Shown here piece by piece: positions 1 through 12,365 of a stretch of 64,000 bases of DNA. Source of the DNA: Hemiscyllium ocellatum (Eukaryota); assembly GCF_020745735.1 (NCBI RefSeq), contig NC_083409.1, positions 19,488,341-19,552,340 of the forward strand, in the 5' to 3' direction. Every line of letters begins with the position of its first letter. Within the stretch, counting starts at the first letter, position 1. The notes beneath the pieces were generated by a model. The model worked only from the letters and a program-made list of their open reading frames with translations, did no database searches and was not told the origin of the DNA. Position numbers and translations under genes: made by a program.

Positions 1-1180
1 GGTGTAATTCATCCAGTCTGGGTGAGTTATCCACACTCAGACCTTTCAGCTTCCCCAGTACCTCCTCCTCAGTGTTGGCCACAGCACTCACCCCTGACAG
101 TCTTGAAGTACTGGGACACTGCTGGTGTTGTTTTCCATTGTGCAGACTGATGTAATGTATGGATTCAATTCCTCGACTTTTTCTTCATTTTCTATTATTG
201 TTTTTCCAATGTCTATTTCTGCCTCCCTCTTCATTTTTATAAATCTTGTGAAACTCTTGCAATCTTCTTTTATATTACTGGCTCGCTTTCCCCCCACATT
301 TCACCTTCTGTCCCCTGAATGTGTTTTTTTTTAGTTGTCCTCTATAGGTTTTTAAAGACTTCCTAATCCTCTGGCTTCCCACTATTTTCCACCACATTGT
401 ATGCCTTTTCCTTTTGTTTTTATGCTGTCCTTGACCTCCCTCATCAGCCATGGTTGCCTTGTCCTCCCCTTAGTCTGTTCCTTCTTTTTCAGGAGGAATT
501 CCTACTCTGCCTCCTGAATTACGCCCAGAAACTCTGCCATTTGCTGCCCTACCACCTTACCTGCTCGGCTCCCCTTACAACCAACTCTGGCGAGCTCCTT
601 CCTCATGTCTTTGTACTTACCTTTCCTCAATTGAAATACTGTTCCACCTGATTACAGCTTCTCCCTCTCAAACTACAGGGGGAATTCTATCATATTATGG
701 TCACTTATCCGGAGGGATACTTTCATTTTCAGCTCACTAACCAAGTTTGCCTCATTACACATCACTGAATCCAAAACTGCCTGTTCTAAATGATTAGATT
801 AGATTAGACTTACAGTGTGGAAACAGGCCCTTCGGCCCAACAAGTCCATACCGACCCGCCGAAGCGCAACCCACCCATACCCCTACATATTACCCCTTAC
901 CTAACACTACGGGCAATTTAGCTTGGCCAATTCACCTGACCCGCACATCTTTGGACTGTGGGAGGAAACCGGAGCACCCGGAGGAAACCCACGCAGACAC
1001 GGGGAGAACGTGCAAACTCCACACAGTCAGTCGCCTGAGTCGGGAATTGAACCCGGGTCTACAGGCGCTGTGAGGCAGCAGTGCTAACCACTGTGCCACC
1101 GTGCCGCCCGTGATCAACCACAAGCTGTTTCAAAAACCATTTCATAGACACTCCATGAAACCCTTTTGTTGAGATGCGCT
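1..1180 (-). mobile_element. Decayed CR1-type LINE ORF2 fragment (EN/RT region), interrupted by a SINE
   Basis: Minus-strand translations (FIKMKREAEIDIG..., ELNPYITSVCTME..., VLGKL.GLSVDNSPRLDELH) resemble CR1 ORF2 linker/RT-proximal motifs; multiple stops and frameshifts. Confidence 0.75.
795..1110 (-). mobile_element. Young HE1-like tRNA-derived SINE, copy-1-specific insertion
   Basis: tRNA-like head (TGGCACAGTGGTTAG A box, GGGTTCAATTCC B box), (CTAAT)n tail, TGAT direct repeat at 791-794/1111-1114; the paralogous site at ~41859-41870 is empty. Confidence 0.9.
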
Positions 1181-1214
1181 ACCCAGTCCATCTAAACATT
1201 GAAGTCTGCCATAA

Positions 1215-1545
1215 CATTTTGTATTTGGCTTTTCTGTCTCCAGTTCCAAACTTCCAGCTCAGCACTGTCTCCATAACTTGTCCTACCTGCCTATCTTCTT
1301 TTCCACCTATCCACTCCATCCTCCACTCCCTATTGTACTTTATGCTACTTTCTCCCCACCTCCACTCTCCTCTCATTTTTCTCTCCACCCTTCAGGCTGT
1401 CTGCCTCTATTCCTGATGAAGGGCTTTTGCCCGAAATGTTGATTTTTACTGCTCCTCGGATGCTACCTGAACTGCTGTGCTTTTCCAGCACCACTCTAAT
1501 CTAGAATCTGGTTTCCAGCATCTGCAGTCATTGTTTTTACCCTTT
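1215..1545 (+). mobile_element. Penelope-like element 3' terminal (pLTR) fragment
   Basis: CTGATGAAGGGCTTTTGCCCGAAA motif followed by the ...CTGGTTTCCAGCATCTGCAGTCATTGTTTTTACC terminus repeated throughout the window. Confidence 0.75.
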
Positions 1546-2574
1546 TCTGTTTCCTGATTGATTTCCTTCCCCACACCCTGATTACTGTTTGGAGACCTAA
1601 ACATAACTTGCATCAGATTCTTTATTTCTTGCGGTTCCTCAGCTCTACCCACACAGATTCTACACCTTCTGACTCTATATCACTTCTTGCCATTGATTTA
1701 ATTTCATTTCTTACTAACAAGGCAACACTTGCCCCTCCGTCCATCTGCCTATCCTTTTGATAGGACATGCATCCTTGGATATTTCGTTCCCAGCCCGGAT
1801 CCCCTTACAGCCATGTCTCTGTGATACCCACAACATCGTACCTGCTAGTTTCAATCTGCACTATAAGCTCATTGTGTATACTGTGTGCACTTAAGTACAA
1901 CACCCTCAGTCCTGCATTGACTGCCCTCCTTCCCATCATTGTCGTCTTATCTGCTGTGCTTTACGTTCGATACCTGATCCTTTCCACGCTCTCTGTCCTT
2001 TTACATCTTCTAGAAAATAGAATAATCTCTCCTGAGCCCTCCTCCACTTTAACTAGTTTAAATTCCTTGGAAACTCAATTTACCTCGATTTATGACATAA
2101 TTTTTCTACCTTACTCGGACTGCTTCGTGCATTTAGACACAAAGTCTGTAAGTTTGATCTATTACTGATTTCCCTGCACTTTTATGATCCCTTTGATATT
2201 GAAAAATTCCATCCCTTCCTTTTATTTTCTGGTAACAATCAATCCCATCACTAACCGGCAATCTGACCTTCTCCTTTCCCTTCCATTTTCTCATTTTCCA
2301 TCCAACTGAACCAAATTACTTTCTCTTTGGGTTGAGTTCAGGACAATATTTATCCAAAATCATGAAGAATGCTCTTTGATCTCATTGCTTCCAGTGGGAT
2401 CTTGCTGTGTAGAAATTGGCTGCCCCTTTCCTGAAATTGCAACAATGACTGGTTTTCAAACAAAATGTAAATGTTTTGGGAGAGCCTGAGGTGCTGAGGG
2501 CTTGACTGAAACACAATTAGAGTCACAATTAGAAACAAACTCTTCGATCTGACTCATCCATGCCAGCCACAGAG

Positions 2575-3560
2575 ACATAGAGTCATAGTGTCAGAGAGAT
2601 GTACAGCACAGAAACAGACCCTTCTGTCCAACTCATCCATGCAGACCAGATAACCTAAATTAATCTAGTCTCATTTGTCAGCATTTGGCCCATATCCTTC
2701 TATACCCTTCCTATTCATATACACATCCAAATGCCTTTTAAATGTTAACATACCAGCCTCCACCACTTCCTCTGGCAGCTCATTCCAGAAATGTACCACC
2801 CTTGGCAGGAATAAGTTATGCCTTAGTTCCCATTTAAATCGTTCCCCTGATACTTTCCACCTATGCCCTCTAGTTCTGGACTCCTTCACTCTGACCAAAA
2901 TATCTTCTTGTTTCACTTGATCAATGCCCCTCATGATGTTAGAAACCTCGATATGGTCATCCCTCAGCTTCCAGTGATCCAGGGAAAATAGCCTCAGCCT
3001 ATTCAGCCTCTCCTGATCGCACAAATCCTCCAACTTGGCAACATCCTTGGAAATCTTTTCTGAACCATTTTAATGTTCCCAACATTTTTCCTACAGCAGG
3101 GACGCCAGAATTCCACACAGTATTCCAAAAGGGGCCAAACTGATGTCCTATACAGCTGCAACAGCTCCCAACTCCAATACGCAATGCATTGCCCAATAAA
3201 GGAAAGCACGGTGGCACAGTGGTTAGCACTGCTGCCTCACAGCGCCTGAGACCCGGGTTCAATTCCTGACTCAGACGACAGACTGTGTGGAGTTTGCACG
3301 TTCTCCCCGTGTCTGTGTGGGTTTCCTCCGGTTTCCTCCCACAGTCCAAAGATGTGCGGGTTAGGTGAATTGGCCATGCTAAATTGCCCGTAGTGTTAGG
3401 TAAGGGGTAAATGTAGGGGTATGGGTGGGTTGTGCTTCGGCGGGTCGTTGTGGACTTGTTGGGCCGAAGGGCCTGTTTCCACACTGTAAGTCTAGTCTAA
3501 TCTAATCTAATGCCAAATGACTTTGTCAACCCCCTACCTACCTGCAACTCCACTTTCAAG
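2575..3560 (-). mobile_element. CR1 LINE 3' part (RT C-terminus and 3' UTR), interrupted by a SINE
   Basis: Minus ORFs ERLNRLRLFSLDHWKLRDDHIEV and LYRTSVWPLLEYCVEFW match the CR1 RT tail. Confidence 0.8.
3209..3510 (+). mobile_element. Young HE1-like SINE, copy-1-specific insertion
   Basis: tRNA-like head and (TCTAA)n tail; the paralogous site GGAAAGCA|TGCCAAATGAC at ~43945-43963 lacks it; no clear TSD, 5' join via GCA microhomology. Confidence 0.9.
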
Positions 3561-3669
3561 GAATTAATCTTTTTTGGGATGAACTGGGAGTCTTTCAGTT
3601 ATGCTTTTTCTAATCACCCTGTTCAGAAACAAACTTCTTGCTTTCATTCGCAACTAAAAATCAGATAAA

Positions 3670-4015
3670 GGAGGTGATGATTTCATGGTACTATCGCTGA
3701 GCTGTTCATCCAGAGATCCAGATTAATGTTCTGGGGGCCAGGGTTAGAATCCTGCCACAGCAGATGGTGGAATGTGAATTCAATAAAACAATCTGCAATT
3801 AAGTGTCTAATGATGACCATGAAACAATTGTTGATTGTCAGGAAAAAGCCATCTGATTCCCTGATGTCCTTTAGGGAAGGAAACTGCCATCCTTACCATG
3901 TGACTCCAGACCCACAGCAATGTGGTTGACTCTAAACTGCCCTCTGGGTGATTAGGGATGGGCAATAAATGCTGATCCTATCAGTGACACTCACATCCCA
4001 AGAAGCAATTTAAAC
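3670..4015 (+). mobile_element. Older tRNA-derived SINE of a second shark family (L2-partner type); paralogous copy at ~44110-44460
   Basis: Same repeat recurs at ~11650-11970, 14240-14490, 16900-17460 and 28250-28500; family assignment is from memory. Confidence 0.55.
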
Positions 4016-4143
4016 AATGTCTGTTCTTTTCTGGAGTTTGTTAGGTATTGGCTTCAAATGTTCAAACATTTTATCAATGAATATTCTGAGAGTTGAAATC
4101 CCTTCAAATGGCAGGGATTAAAATTGTTTCTCTTGTCTTTCAG

Positions 4144-4472
4144 TCCGTGAGAACTCACAGCCCAAGCTGACCCTGCTGCCCCCCTCCCCGGAGCAGGTCA
4201 ATGCCAAGGGCACTGCCACCCTGGTGTGCCTTGCCAATCACTTCTATCCCGATGAGCTGGAGGTGCAGTGGAAGAAGGACGGTGCAGTCATTTCGGACGG
4301 GGTTCAGACCAGCAACTACCTGCGAGCTTCGGACAGCACCTACAGCGTCAGCAGCCTGCTGACCCTCTCTGGGTCTGACTGGGAGTCGGATGCTCGCTTC
4401 TCCTGTGCCCTCACCCATGTGACCCTCCCCTCTCCCCTCAGCAAGAGCATCAGGAGATCAGAATGTGTGTAG
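4144..4472 (+). CDS. IGKC: Ig kappa (type III/NS4-like) light-chain constant exon, cluster 1; intact
   Basis: Acceptor TCTTGTCTTTCAG| at 4143, phase 1; RENSQPKLTLLPPSPEQVNAKGTATLVCLANHFYPDELEVQWKKDG...YSVSSLLTLSGSDWESDARFSCALTH...SECV*; C1-set Cys/Trp/Cys present; closely resembles nurse shark NS4 C. Confidence 0.96.
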
Positions 4473-4509
4473 TGTGTTGGAGATAGTCCAGAGAGGAGAC
4501 ACAACTTTA

Positions 4510-4515
4510 AATAAA
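4510..4515 (+). terminator. Candidate proximal poly(A) signal AATAAA of Ck1 (a second AATAAA lies at 4998-5003)
   Basis: AATAAA begins 38 nt after the stop codon; which signal is used cannot be told from sequence. Confidence 0.4.
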
Positions 4516-5058
4516 ATAGGGCTGAGCTGGCAGGACCAAGGTCATTGTCAGAACTGAATTTCACCTCTCTTCCTTCTCAGGACCGGTTAGAGACATTTCT
4601 GAGGTTCAGGGGTTATGGCAGTTCATTGGGACACTGTAGATAGAGCTTTTTGCTATGTCAAACCCCATGCTGTCCCTGTTCTGGGAGTGTTTGATGGGGA
4701 CAGAGTTGACTTATGATGCCAAGTAAAATCTCTTGAAGTTCCTGAAGACTGTCAGCTGTACAAAACAATGTGAAACTCAGAAGTCTCTGCTTCAGTAAAC
4801 CAGATCTCCTTCCTGCTCAGCCGCCAGTTCCAATTTAAGGTTTTATCACTGTTTGAAGGGACAGGATTCTCATGTTATTGAGAAAATCTCCACAAGTGTT
4901 TTCCTCAAGCTCCATTGTGGCTGTGAATTTGTGCAGCTTCCTCTGTCTGGGCTGTTAATTTCAGTCTGTTTTCTGTCAATGTCAATCTGGAAAATGGAAT
5001 AAAGATGAAGAAGATTCAGTTTCTGTGTCTGTGTGCTTTGGAGATTGACCACTCCATT

Positions 5059-5157
5059 CAGCTGATTGGCTGCATTTCAGCATAGCATTGTCACAATTGG
5101 CTAATTGGCCTGTCAATCAATGACACATCCATTGTAGAGGATACTGACAGCCAATCA
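5059..5157. promoter_or_regulatory. E-box/CCAAT (NF-Y Y-box) cluster downstream of Ck1; paralog at 45502-45599
   Basis: CAGCTG 5059-5064, CTGATTGGCT 5062-5071, ATTGG 5096-5100 and 5104-5108, AGCCAATCA 5149-5157. Confidence 0.4.
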
Positions 5158-5232
5158 TCAATCACTTTCAAATGATCCCTTTGATCTGCAATCTTTGGAG
5201 GTTACAAGATTCCAAACAGATTTCCATTAATG

Positions 5233-6540
5233 ACCACCTGGACCATCGCTGACACCTCCCTCCCCTTCCTGGACCACTTCATCTCCATTAATGATGACCA
5301 ACTTGACACTGACATTTTTTAAAAACCTACCGACACCGAGGATTCCACCTCTTCCCAACCTACCTCTTGCAAAAATGCCATCCCGTATTCCCAATTCCTC
5401 CGCCTCTGCCATATCTGCTCCCAGGAGGACCTATTCCACCACAGAAAACACTAGATGGCCTCCTTCTTGAGAGATGGAAATTTCCCTTCCCACGTGGTCA
5501 AAGATGCCCTCCAACGCATCTCGTCCACATCACACCCCTCTACCCTCAAACCCTACCCTTCCAACCGTAACAAGGACAGAATCCCCCCGGTGCTCACCTT
5601 CTACCCTACCAATCTTCACATAAACCATATCATCCAATGACATTTCCGCCACCTGCAAATGGACTCCACCACCAGGGATATATTTCCCTCCCACCCATTC
5701 CTGCTTTCCGCAAAGACCGTTCTCTCCACGACGACCTGGTCAGGTCCATGTCCCCCAACAACCCACCCTCCCTTCCTGACACCCTACCCTGCCATCACAG
5801 GAATTGCAAAACCTCTGCCCACACCTCCTCCCTCACCTCCATCTAAGGCCCCAAAAGAGCCTTCCATATCCATCAACTTTTTACCAGCACATATACCAAT
5901 ATCATTTATTGTATCTGTTGCACCCGATGCGGTCTCCTCTACATTGGGGAGACTGGATGCCTCCTTGCAGAGTGCATTAGGGAACATCTCCGGGACAACC
6001 ACACCAATCAACCCCACTGCCCTGTGGCCCAACATTTCACCTCCACCTCCCACTCTGCCAAGGACATGCAGGTCCTAGGCCTCCTCCACCGCCGCTCCCT
6101 CACCACCCGATGCCTGGAGGAAGAACGCCTCATCTTCCGCCTCGGAACACTTCAATCCCATGGCATCAATGTGGATTTCACCAGCTTCCTCATTTCTCCT
6201 TCACCCACCTCACCCCAGCTCCAACCTTCCATCCTCAGCACCATCCTCATGACCTGTTCTATCTGCTTATTTTCCTTTCCACCTATCCACTCCATCCTCT
6301 TCTCTGACCTATCATCTCCATCCCCACCCCCATTCACCTATTGTACTCTATGCTACTTTCTCCCCAACCCCCTCTCATTTATCTCTCCACTCTGCAGGCA
6401 CCCTGCTTCTATTCCTGATGAAACGTTGCCAGAAACATTGATTTTCTTTCTCCACGGATGCTGCCTGGCCTGCTGTGCTTTTCCAGCACTACTCTGATCT
6501 AGACTCTGGTTTCCAGCATCTGCAGTCCTTGTTTTTACCT
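5233..6540 (+). mobile_element. Penelope-like (Poseidon-type) retroelement, 5'-truncated: RT C-terminus, GIY-YIG endonuclease and pLTR
   Basis: Translations such as WTIADTSLPFLDH, KNAIPYSQFLRL, and a GIY-YIG-like YCICCTRCGLLYIGET segment; frameshifted. Confidence 0.88.
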
Positions 6541-6694
6541 AGAAACAGAAAGCTGTTAGGACTCAATAATTACAATCTTCGGCATTCCCTCTTCACACTG
6601 TGGTCCAGGCTCAGGTGCTGGGATTGCACTCTGCACTCTTTGCTGTATGCTGTGTTGTACCTGAAGTGATCTTAGGCCAATCACTGACACTGCA

Positions 6695-6895
6695 GGCTGC
6701 GTGTCCCTCTGAGTGTGAGTGTACTACATAATGCTGCCTGTAGGTGTCACTCTGAGTGTGGGTGTGTTATTCAGAGAGACACCTACAGGGAGCATGGAGT
6801 GTGAGCATGTTACTCAGTGCTGCCTGACTGTCTTGAGTGTGTGTGTTACTCAGTGCTGCCTAACTCTCTGAGTGTGTGTGTGTGTGTGTGTGTGT
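6695..6895. repeat. Degenerate GT-rich minisatellite (TGTTACTCAGTGCTGCCT-type units) ending in (GT)12
   Basis: Repeated CTGAGTGTG...TTACTCAGTGCTGCCT units and a GT run at 6872-6895. Confidence 0.7.
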
Positions 6896-6955
6896 TATTC
6901 TGCACTGGCTGTAGGCAGTGCAATGATTTGGAGATGTTGGTGTTGGACTGGGGTG

Positions 6956-7156
6956 TACAAAGTTAAAAATCACACAACACCAGTTTATAGTCCAACAGGT
7001 TTAATTGGAAGCTCACTAACTTTCGGAGCGCCGCTCCTTCATCAAAGGAATGTCCTCCACAACCACCTGATGAAGGAGCGGCGCTCCGAAAGCGAGTGTG
7101 CTTCCAATTAAACCTGTTGGACTACAATCTGGTGTTGTGTGATTTTTAACTTTGTA
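6956..7156. mobile_element. Inverted pair of Penelope termini (second family); 89-bp arms with a 23-nt spacer
   Basis: 6956-7044 is the reverse complement of 7068-7156 with few mismatches; contains CTGATGAAGGAGCGGCGCTCCGAAAG. Confidence 0.8.
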
Positions 7157-7879
7157 TCTCAATGAGTGGGAGTGTGTGCTGCCTCTCGGTGTCTCTGAGG
7201 TATTTGTCTCTGAGTTATGGGTAGAGAACGGGCTTTGTGATGGGGATTGAAGATTAGGCTTTAATGTTGTCAAATTTCGGAAGAAAAACAACTCAGTCTG
7301 AGATGGCAGCTCATTGAGGTGGCCAAGGTTAAAAATCACACAACACCAGGTTATAGTCCAACAGGTTTCTTTGGAAGTTCAAGCTTTCAGAGCACTGCTC
7401 CTTCATCAGGCAGCTAGTGGGGCAGGATCATAGTTCACAGAATTTACAGTGAAATTGAGACGGCAGCTGAGAAAGGTGAATACTGAGAGTGTATTCTCAG
7501 TAAGGGAAGGATTTCAGAGGCAGTGCACACTGTGCCCCCTAATGTGCTCCCCAATTACAATGGGATTTTCTGGAGCTGGGATCATTGCAGTATTGACTGC
7601 CTGCTCAGCCAATGCTGACTAGCCATAGTCGTATTTCAATGGTCAATTAGCTCCAAACTAAATGCAGCAATATTACTTTACAGGGAGGAGAGCAGTGAGT
7701 GAGGTTGAATTCTTGCAGCCCAAAGAGGGATTGCAGTGGATTAATGAAGGTTGCTACCACTATGAAGATGCCACCTTCACTCCCCCTGCCTCAGCTGTGG
7801 TGACCCTCGGGTTAAACACACCACCAGTCATCTCTGTCTGTAATGAGCGAGTGGGACTATGCTCCCACGGGAGGATTCT

Positions 7880-8175
7880 GGATCAGTGGTGCTGGAAGAG
7901 CACAGCAGTTCAGGCAGCATCCAACGAGCAGCGAAATCGACATTTCGGGCAAAAGCCCTTCATCAGGAATAAAGGCAGTGACCCTGAAGCGTGGAGAGAT
8001 AAGCTCGGGGAGGATGGGGGTGGGGAGAGACCCACTTTCCTGGGTGCTGGAGGGAAGGAGAAAGTGAAGACTGCAGATGGTGGAGAGTGTGTTGCTGGGA
8101 AACCGCAGCAGGTCAGGCAGCATCCGAGGAGCAGGATAATCAATGTTTTGGGCATAAGCTCTTCATTAGGAATGG
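7880..8175 (-). mobile_element. Two tandem Penelope pLTR fragments
   Basis: Reverse-complement pLTR motifs (GCTGGAAGAGCACAGCAG..., TTTCGGGCAAAAGCCCTTCATCAGGAAT). Confidence 0.7.
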
Positions 8176-8547
8176 AAGGAAGGCCAACCCCTCCCAAAGG
8201 CAGCAACAGGTTGGATCAAAGGGGCATCAAGAGTAAGCATGGGGAGATTGAGGGTGACAGAAGGAGGGGTTTGGTTGGCAGTTTGTTATTCAGAGTCAGG
8301 TCCCAGAGTATCAATCCTTCTGACACTCCCCTTTTTATCTGTCAGCCGGGGCTCCCCGATTGGACAAGGTTAATAACCCATCAAGGAACTCATATTTTAT
8401 TGAAAAACAATTATCGAACAAGGAGCACAAGATCTAAATGAGACAAGATAAAATGAATGGTTTCATTATGAACATCATAAATGAGATTTGGGAAATAAGA
8501 TTTTCATTCTGGGTGATGGGAATCTGGAATGGACTGTCACAGACTGT

Positions 8548-8852
8548 CACAGTGTGGAAACAGGCCATTTGGCCCAACAAGCCAACACCAACCCTCTGAA
8601 GACAGACTCCCTGAGACACATTCCCCTCCCCTTTTTCTCAACATCTCCCCTGACTGACAGATTCTTGATCACTGTGGCAATTTTAGAATGGCCAATTCAC
8701 CTAACCTGCACATCTTTAGATTGTGGGAGGAAACCCACACAGACACAGGGGGAGCGTGCAAATTCCACAAAGACAGTCACCTCGGGCTGCAATCGAACCC
8801 AGGTCCCTGGTGCTGTGAGGCAGCAGTGCTAACCACTGAGCCACCATACCGC
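8548..8852 (-). mobile_element. HE1-like SINE
   Basis: Full head-body-tail similarity to the copy at 795-1110, more diverged. Confidence 0.85.
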
Positions 8853-9469
8853 ACATTAAAGAACAGGAGCTTTTGCTAAACTCCGTGAGCCTGACGTGAA
8901 ATGAATTATAAACACACATCACTCTGTCAGGGAAGGTAGTGGAGGCTGGAAACCTTACAACATTTAAATATAATAACATGCAAGGATTTGGGATAAGTGC
9001 AGGAAATTGGGATTAGAGTCCTTTAGTGGCAGTTATGGCAGTGCAGACTCAATGGGCCGAAGGGCCTTTTCTGTGCTGTATCAATCTACGCTCCATGCTG
9101 AGAGGGCAGGGCAGGTTAATGGTGACTAGGTTAGACAGTTCCAAGATGGCAAATCAATGATCAAGGGTCAGAGGAAATGGCTCAAGCTTCAGTGAAGGCC
9201 CAAGTAAGTGCTTGGGAGGAGGGTCAGGGCTAATGGAGACTGAGTGAGGGCACAGGGTGCTGCCTGGCATCTCCAGGGGTTGTAGTGAGGCATGTGGGGA
9301 CAAGAGGGGAGTGTGTAGGGAGGCAGTGCAGTTCCAGTTGAATTGCGACCTTTGCGGCAACAGCATGACCTTCAGCACCAGGGGGTGTCCCTGACTGTGT
9401 CAGGCTCACTGGCTGCTCTCTGTGTGATTCCACACAGCCACCCACGTGGTCACCACGCAAGGTCTGGCT

Positions 9470-9690
9470 CTTGTCTACACTACTATCTACACCACCATCT
9501 GCAACTACCGTCTGGACCTTCTGTCTACAACACCATCTGCTCCCACCGTCTGCACCCTTGGTCTGCACCACCGAGTGTACCCACTGTCTGCACCCAGCAT
9601 CCACAGTCACTGTCTAGTCCCTCTGTTTGCACCCACCATCTGCACTCACTGTCTACACCGCTGTCTGCACCCTCCATCTACACCTCCCAT
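9470..9690. repeat. Degenerate ~12-bp tandem repeat (CCACCRTCTGCA-like)
   Basis: Repeated CCACCATCTGCA/CCACCGTCTGCA/CACTGTCTGCA units. Confidence 0.7.
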
Positions 9691-10274
9691 CTTTCTGCTG
9701 TTGTAAGATTGTATCCAATGATTCCATTGAGATTACTGCACCCGAAGCCTGAATTTTAGAACCGGCAATGATTGTCTTCTAACCCTGACCTACAAAGTCT
9801 GTGTTCCATGTAATGGAAAATTAACAAAATTAACATTTACTCTGAAATCTATTTACTCTGAAATCTGAAAGACAGTACTAGACTAAAATTAAAACTCTCT
9901 GACACTTTGCTGAAGTATGCAGTCGAGGGGCAGCTTCTCCCTGAGGAACTTTGTAAACATTCAACAAGAGAAAAATATAAGAACAGTCTGTCCACAACAA
10001 GAGAATGAAAAGAATAATAACTCAAATCTTCACAGTCTTTGTCCTTGAGAGTGTGATAAGAAACAGGATAAGGCGAATATCTGAATTATGCTCAGGGCCC
10101 TTGCACAAGGCATTTTTGTCAAGTACATGTGGTCCCCCTGCAATGCAGGGGTTAAAAAATAATCATAAAGCTCTTTTTGGTTGCTCTTGCTAATAGTTGA
10201 CTCGAGTCAATTTAATTTCTACAACATTCCACAATGGGCTGAGTAATATTAATTACTGAATGTTATTTGATTTC

Positions 10275-10735
10275 TGTGATGGCAGGACTGACGTATAAGG
10301 AGAGGTTGAGTTGGTGAGGATTGTATTCACTGGAGTTTAAAACAGTTAAGGAAAGGAACCTTGGAGAAATCTATAAAATTGGAACAGGATGAGACAAGTC
10401 AAATGGAGGAAGGATGTTCCCAATGGTGCGGGAGTCCAGAACCACGTTCATAGTTTCAGGTTAAGAGGTAAACTCTACAGGGCAGAGATGAGGAAAAATG
10501 TCTTCACCCAGAGAGTGGTGAGCCTGTGGAATTCTCTGTCACAGAAAGTGGTTGAGGCCAAAACATTATGTTTTGAAGGAGGCAGAGATAGCTCTTGTGG
10601 CTAAGGAACCAAGGCATCTGGGGTAGGGAGGGATTACAGTAATCTGCTCCATGATCAGCCACAATCATCTTGAGAGGCAGAGCAGGCTGGAGGGGCCAAT
10701 GGCCTACTCCTGCTCCTATCCTTTATGTTTCTACA
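10275..10735 (+). mobile_element. CR1 3' fragment
   Basis: ERLSW.GLYSLEF and EMRKNVFTQRVVSLWNSL motifs plus a CR1-type 3' UTR. Confidence 0.8.
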
Positions 10736-11984
10736 TTGTGTAAAATGGATTGCCAGGTGGAGGGCACTCTGTCAGATGGGTAAGTATCCATTCACAGATT
10801 CCCCCCACACCACTCCCCTTCCATTTTAATTGGGTCCACTCCCTCTCTTCTTATGTCTTTGTTATCTGACCAGTGACCACACCTCCCCTTCACCACCCCG
10901 GTAGGGAGCTGTGCTTATAACCCATCGTTTGTTTTAATTTGCTAACTGGGTGATGTGGCGGTGGGACTATCAAAAACAGGAAGCGCTGAATTCTTATCGT
11001 CCCTTGTGCTGATTTTGTTGTGTGTCTCCCTCAATATGGGTGACACAGCACTGCTGCCTCACAGAGCCAGGGAGCCAGGTTCGAGAGACATACAGCGCAG
11101 AAATAGGCCATTCGGCCCACCAAGTCTATGCCAACCACCACACACTAAACTACACTAATCCCATTTACCCGAAGTTGTCAGGAGCCTATTGTCTCCTGGA
11201 ATTAAAAGCGCTCATCCAAATGTATTTTAAAGGTTGTGAGATTTTCAGCCTGCACCACCCTCTCAGGCAGCATGTTCCACATAGCTACCACACACTGGGT
11301 CAAAAAATACTTTCACCTTAATCTTATGACCTCTGATCTTAAACAGGTCTGGGTGAGGAGCGGAGGCTGCAGAACAGTGTGAGAGGTCAGGAGTGGAGAG
11401 AGGGAGAACAGTGTGAGGGTGAGGAATGGAGGCTGGAGCAGGAAGACACTTGTGTTCTGGAAAGCAGCACAAATAGGGAAGAGATCCAAGAACTGGTGGG
11501 AATAATCTCCATGCTTCCTAACAGTAGCTTTATGGTGGGAAAGAGAATAAATCAGGAGATAATGAGGGCCAGGAACAAAGGCTGCTCATTAATTACAAAG
11601 GAATAATTACAATTAATCGTCAGGTCAATTATTCATAGTCAGATTTTTCTTTTTAATTCATTCACGGGATGAGGACATCACTGACTAGGTAAGCATTTAT
11701 TACCCACCCCTAATTGCCCCAGAGGGCAGTTAACAGTCATCCACATTGCTGTGGGATTGGATTCCCATGTAGGCCAGGCCAGGGAAGGATGGTAGTTCCT
11801 TCCCTAAAGGACGTTAGTAAACCAGATGGGTTTTCCTGACAATCGACATGGATTCATGGACATCATTGGACTTTTAATTGCAGATTTTTTTTTGTTCTTG
11901 AATTTAAATTCTCCCATCTGCCACGGTGGGATTTGAACCTGAGTCCCTGGAACTATATCTGGGTCTCTGTGCATTAATCACAGA

Positions 11985-12365
11985 AGGTTAGTGTGTAAGT
12001 ACAGCAAGTCATCAGGAAAGCTCATAGAAAGTTATGGTGTAGTGTGAGGGGAAACTGAATGCAAGACTTCATTGCAACATGCAAGATCCTGAGGGGCCTT
12101 GACTGGGTGGATGTGGAAAAGATGCTTCCTCTTGTGGGAGAATTCAGAACGAGGGATCACAGTTTAAAATTAAGGGAGAGTCCATTCAAAACAGAGATTC
12201 AGAAACATGTTTTTTCTCTCAGAGTTGTCAGTCTTTGGAATTCCCTTCCTTAAAAGGCAGTGGATGCAGAATCTTCAGATATTTTTAAGGCCGAGGTGGA
12301 TAGATTCTTGATGACTGAAGGGATGGAACATTATCTGAGAATGTAGAGTTGAGGTTAAAATCAGA
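11985..12365 (+). mobile_element. CR1 3' fragment
   Basis: ORF 12059-12253: DLIATCKILRGLDWVDVEKMLPLVGEFRTRDHSLK...RVVSLWNSLP-like CR1 tail. Confidence 0.8.

Noticed and set aside
7662-8441. 259-aa ORF as a gene
   Set aside because: It runs antisense through Penelope termini and other repeats and has no domain signature.
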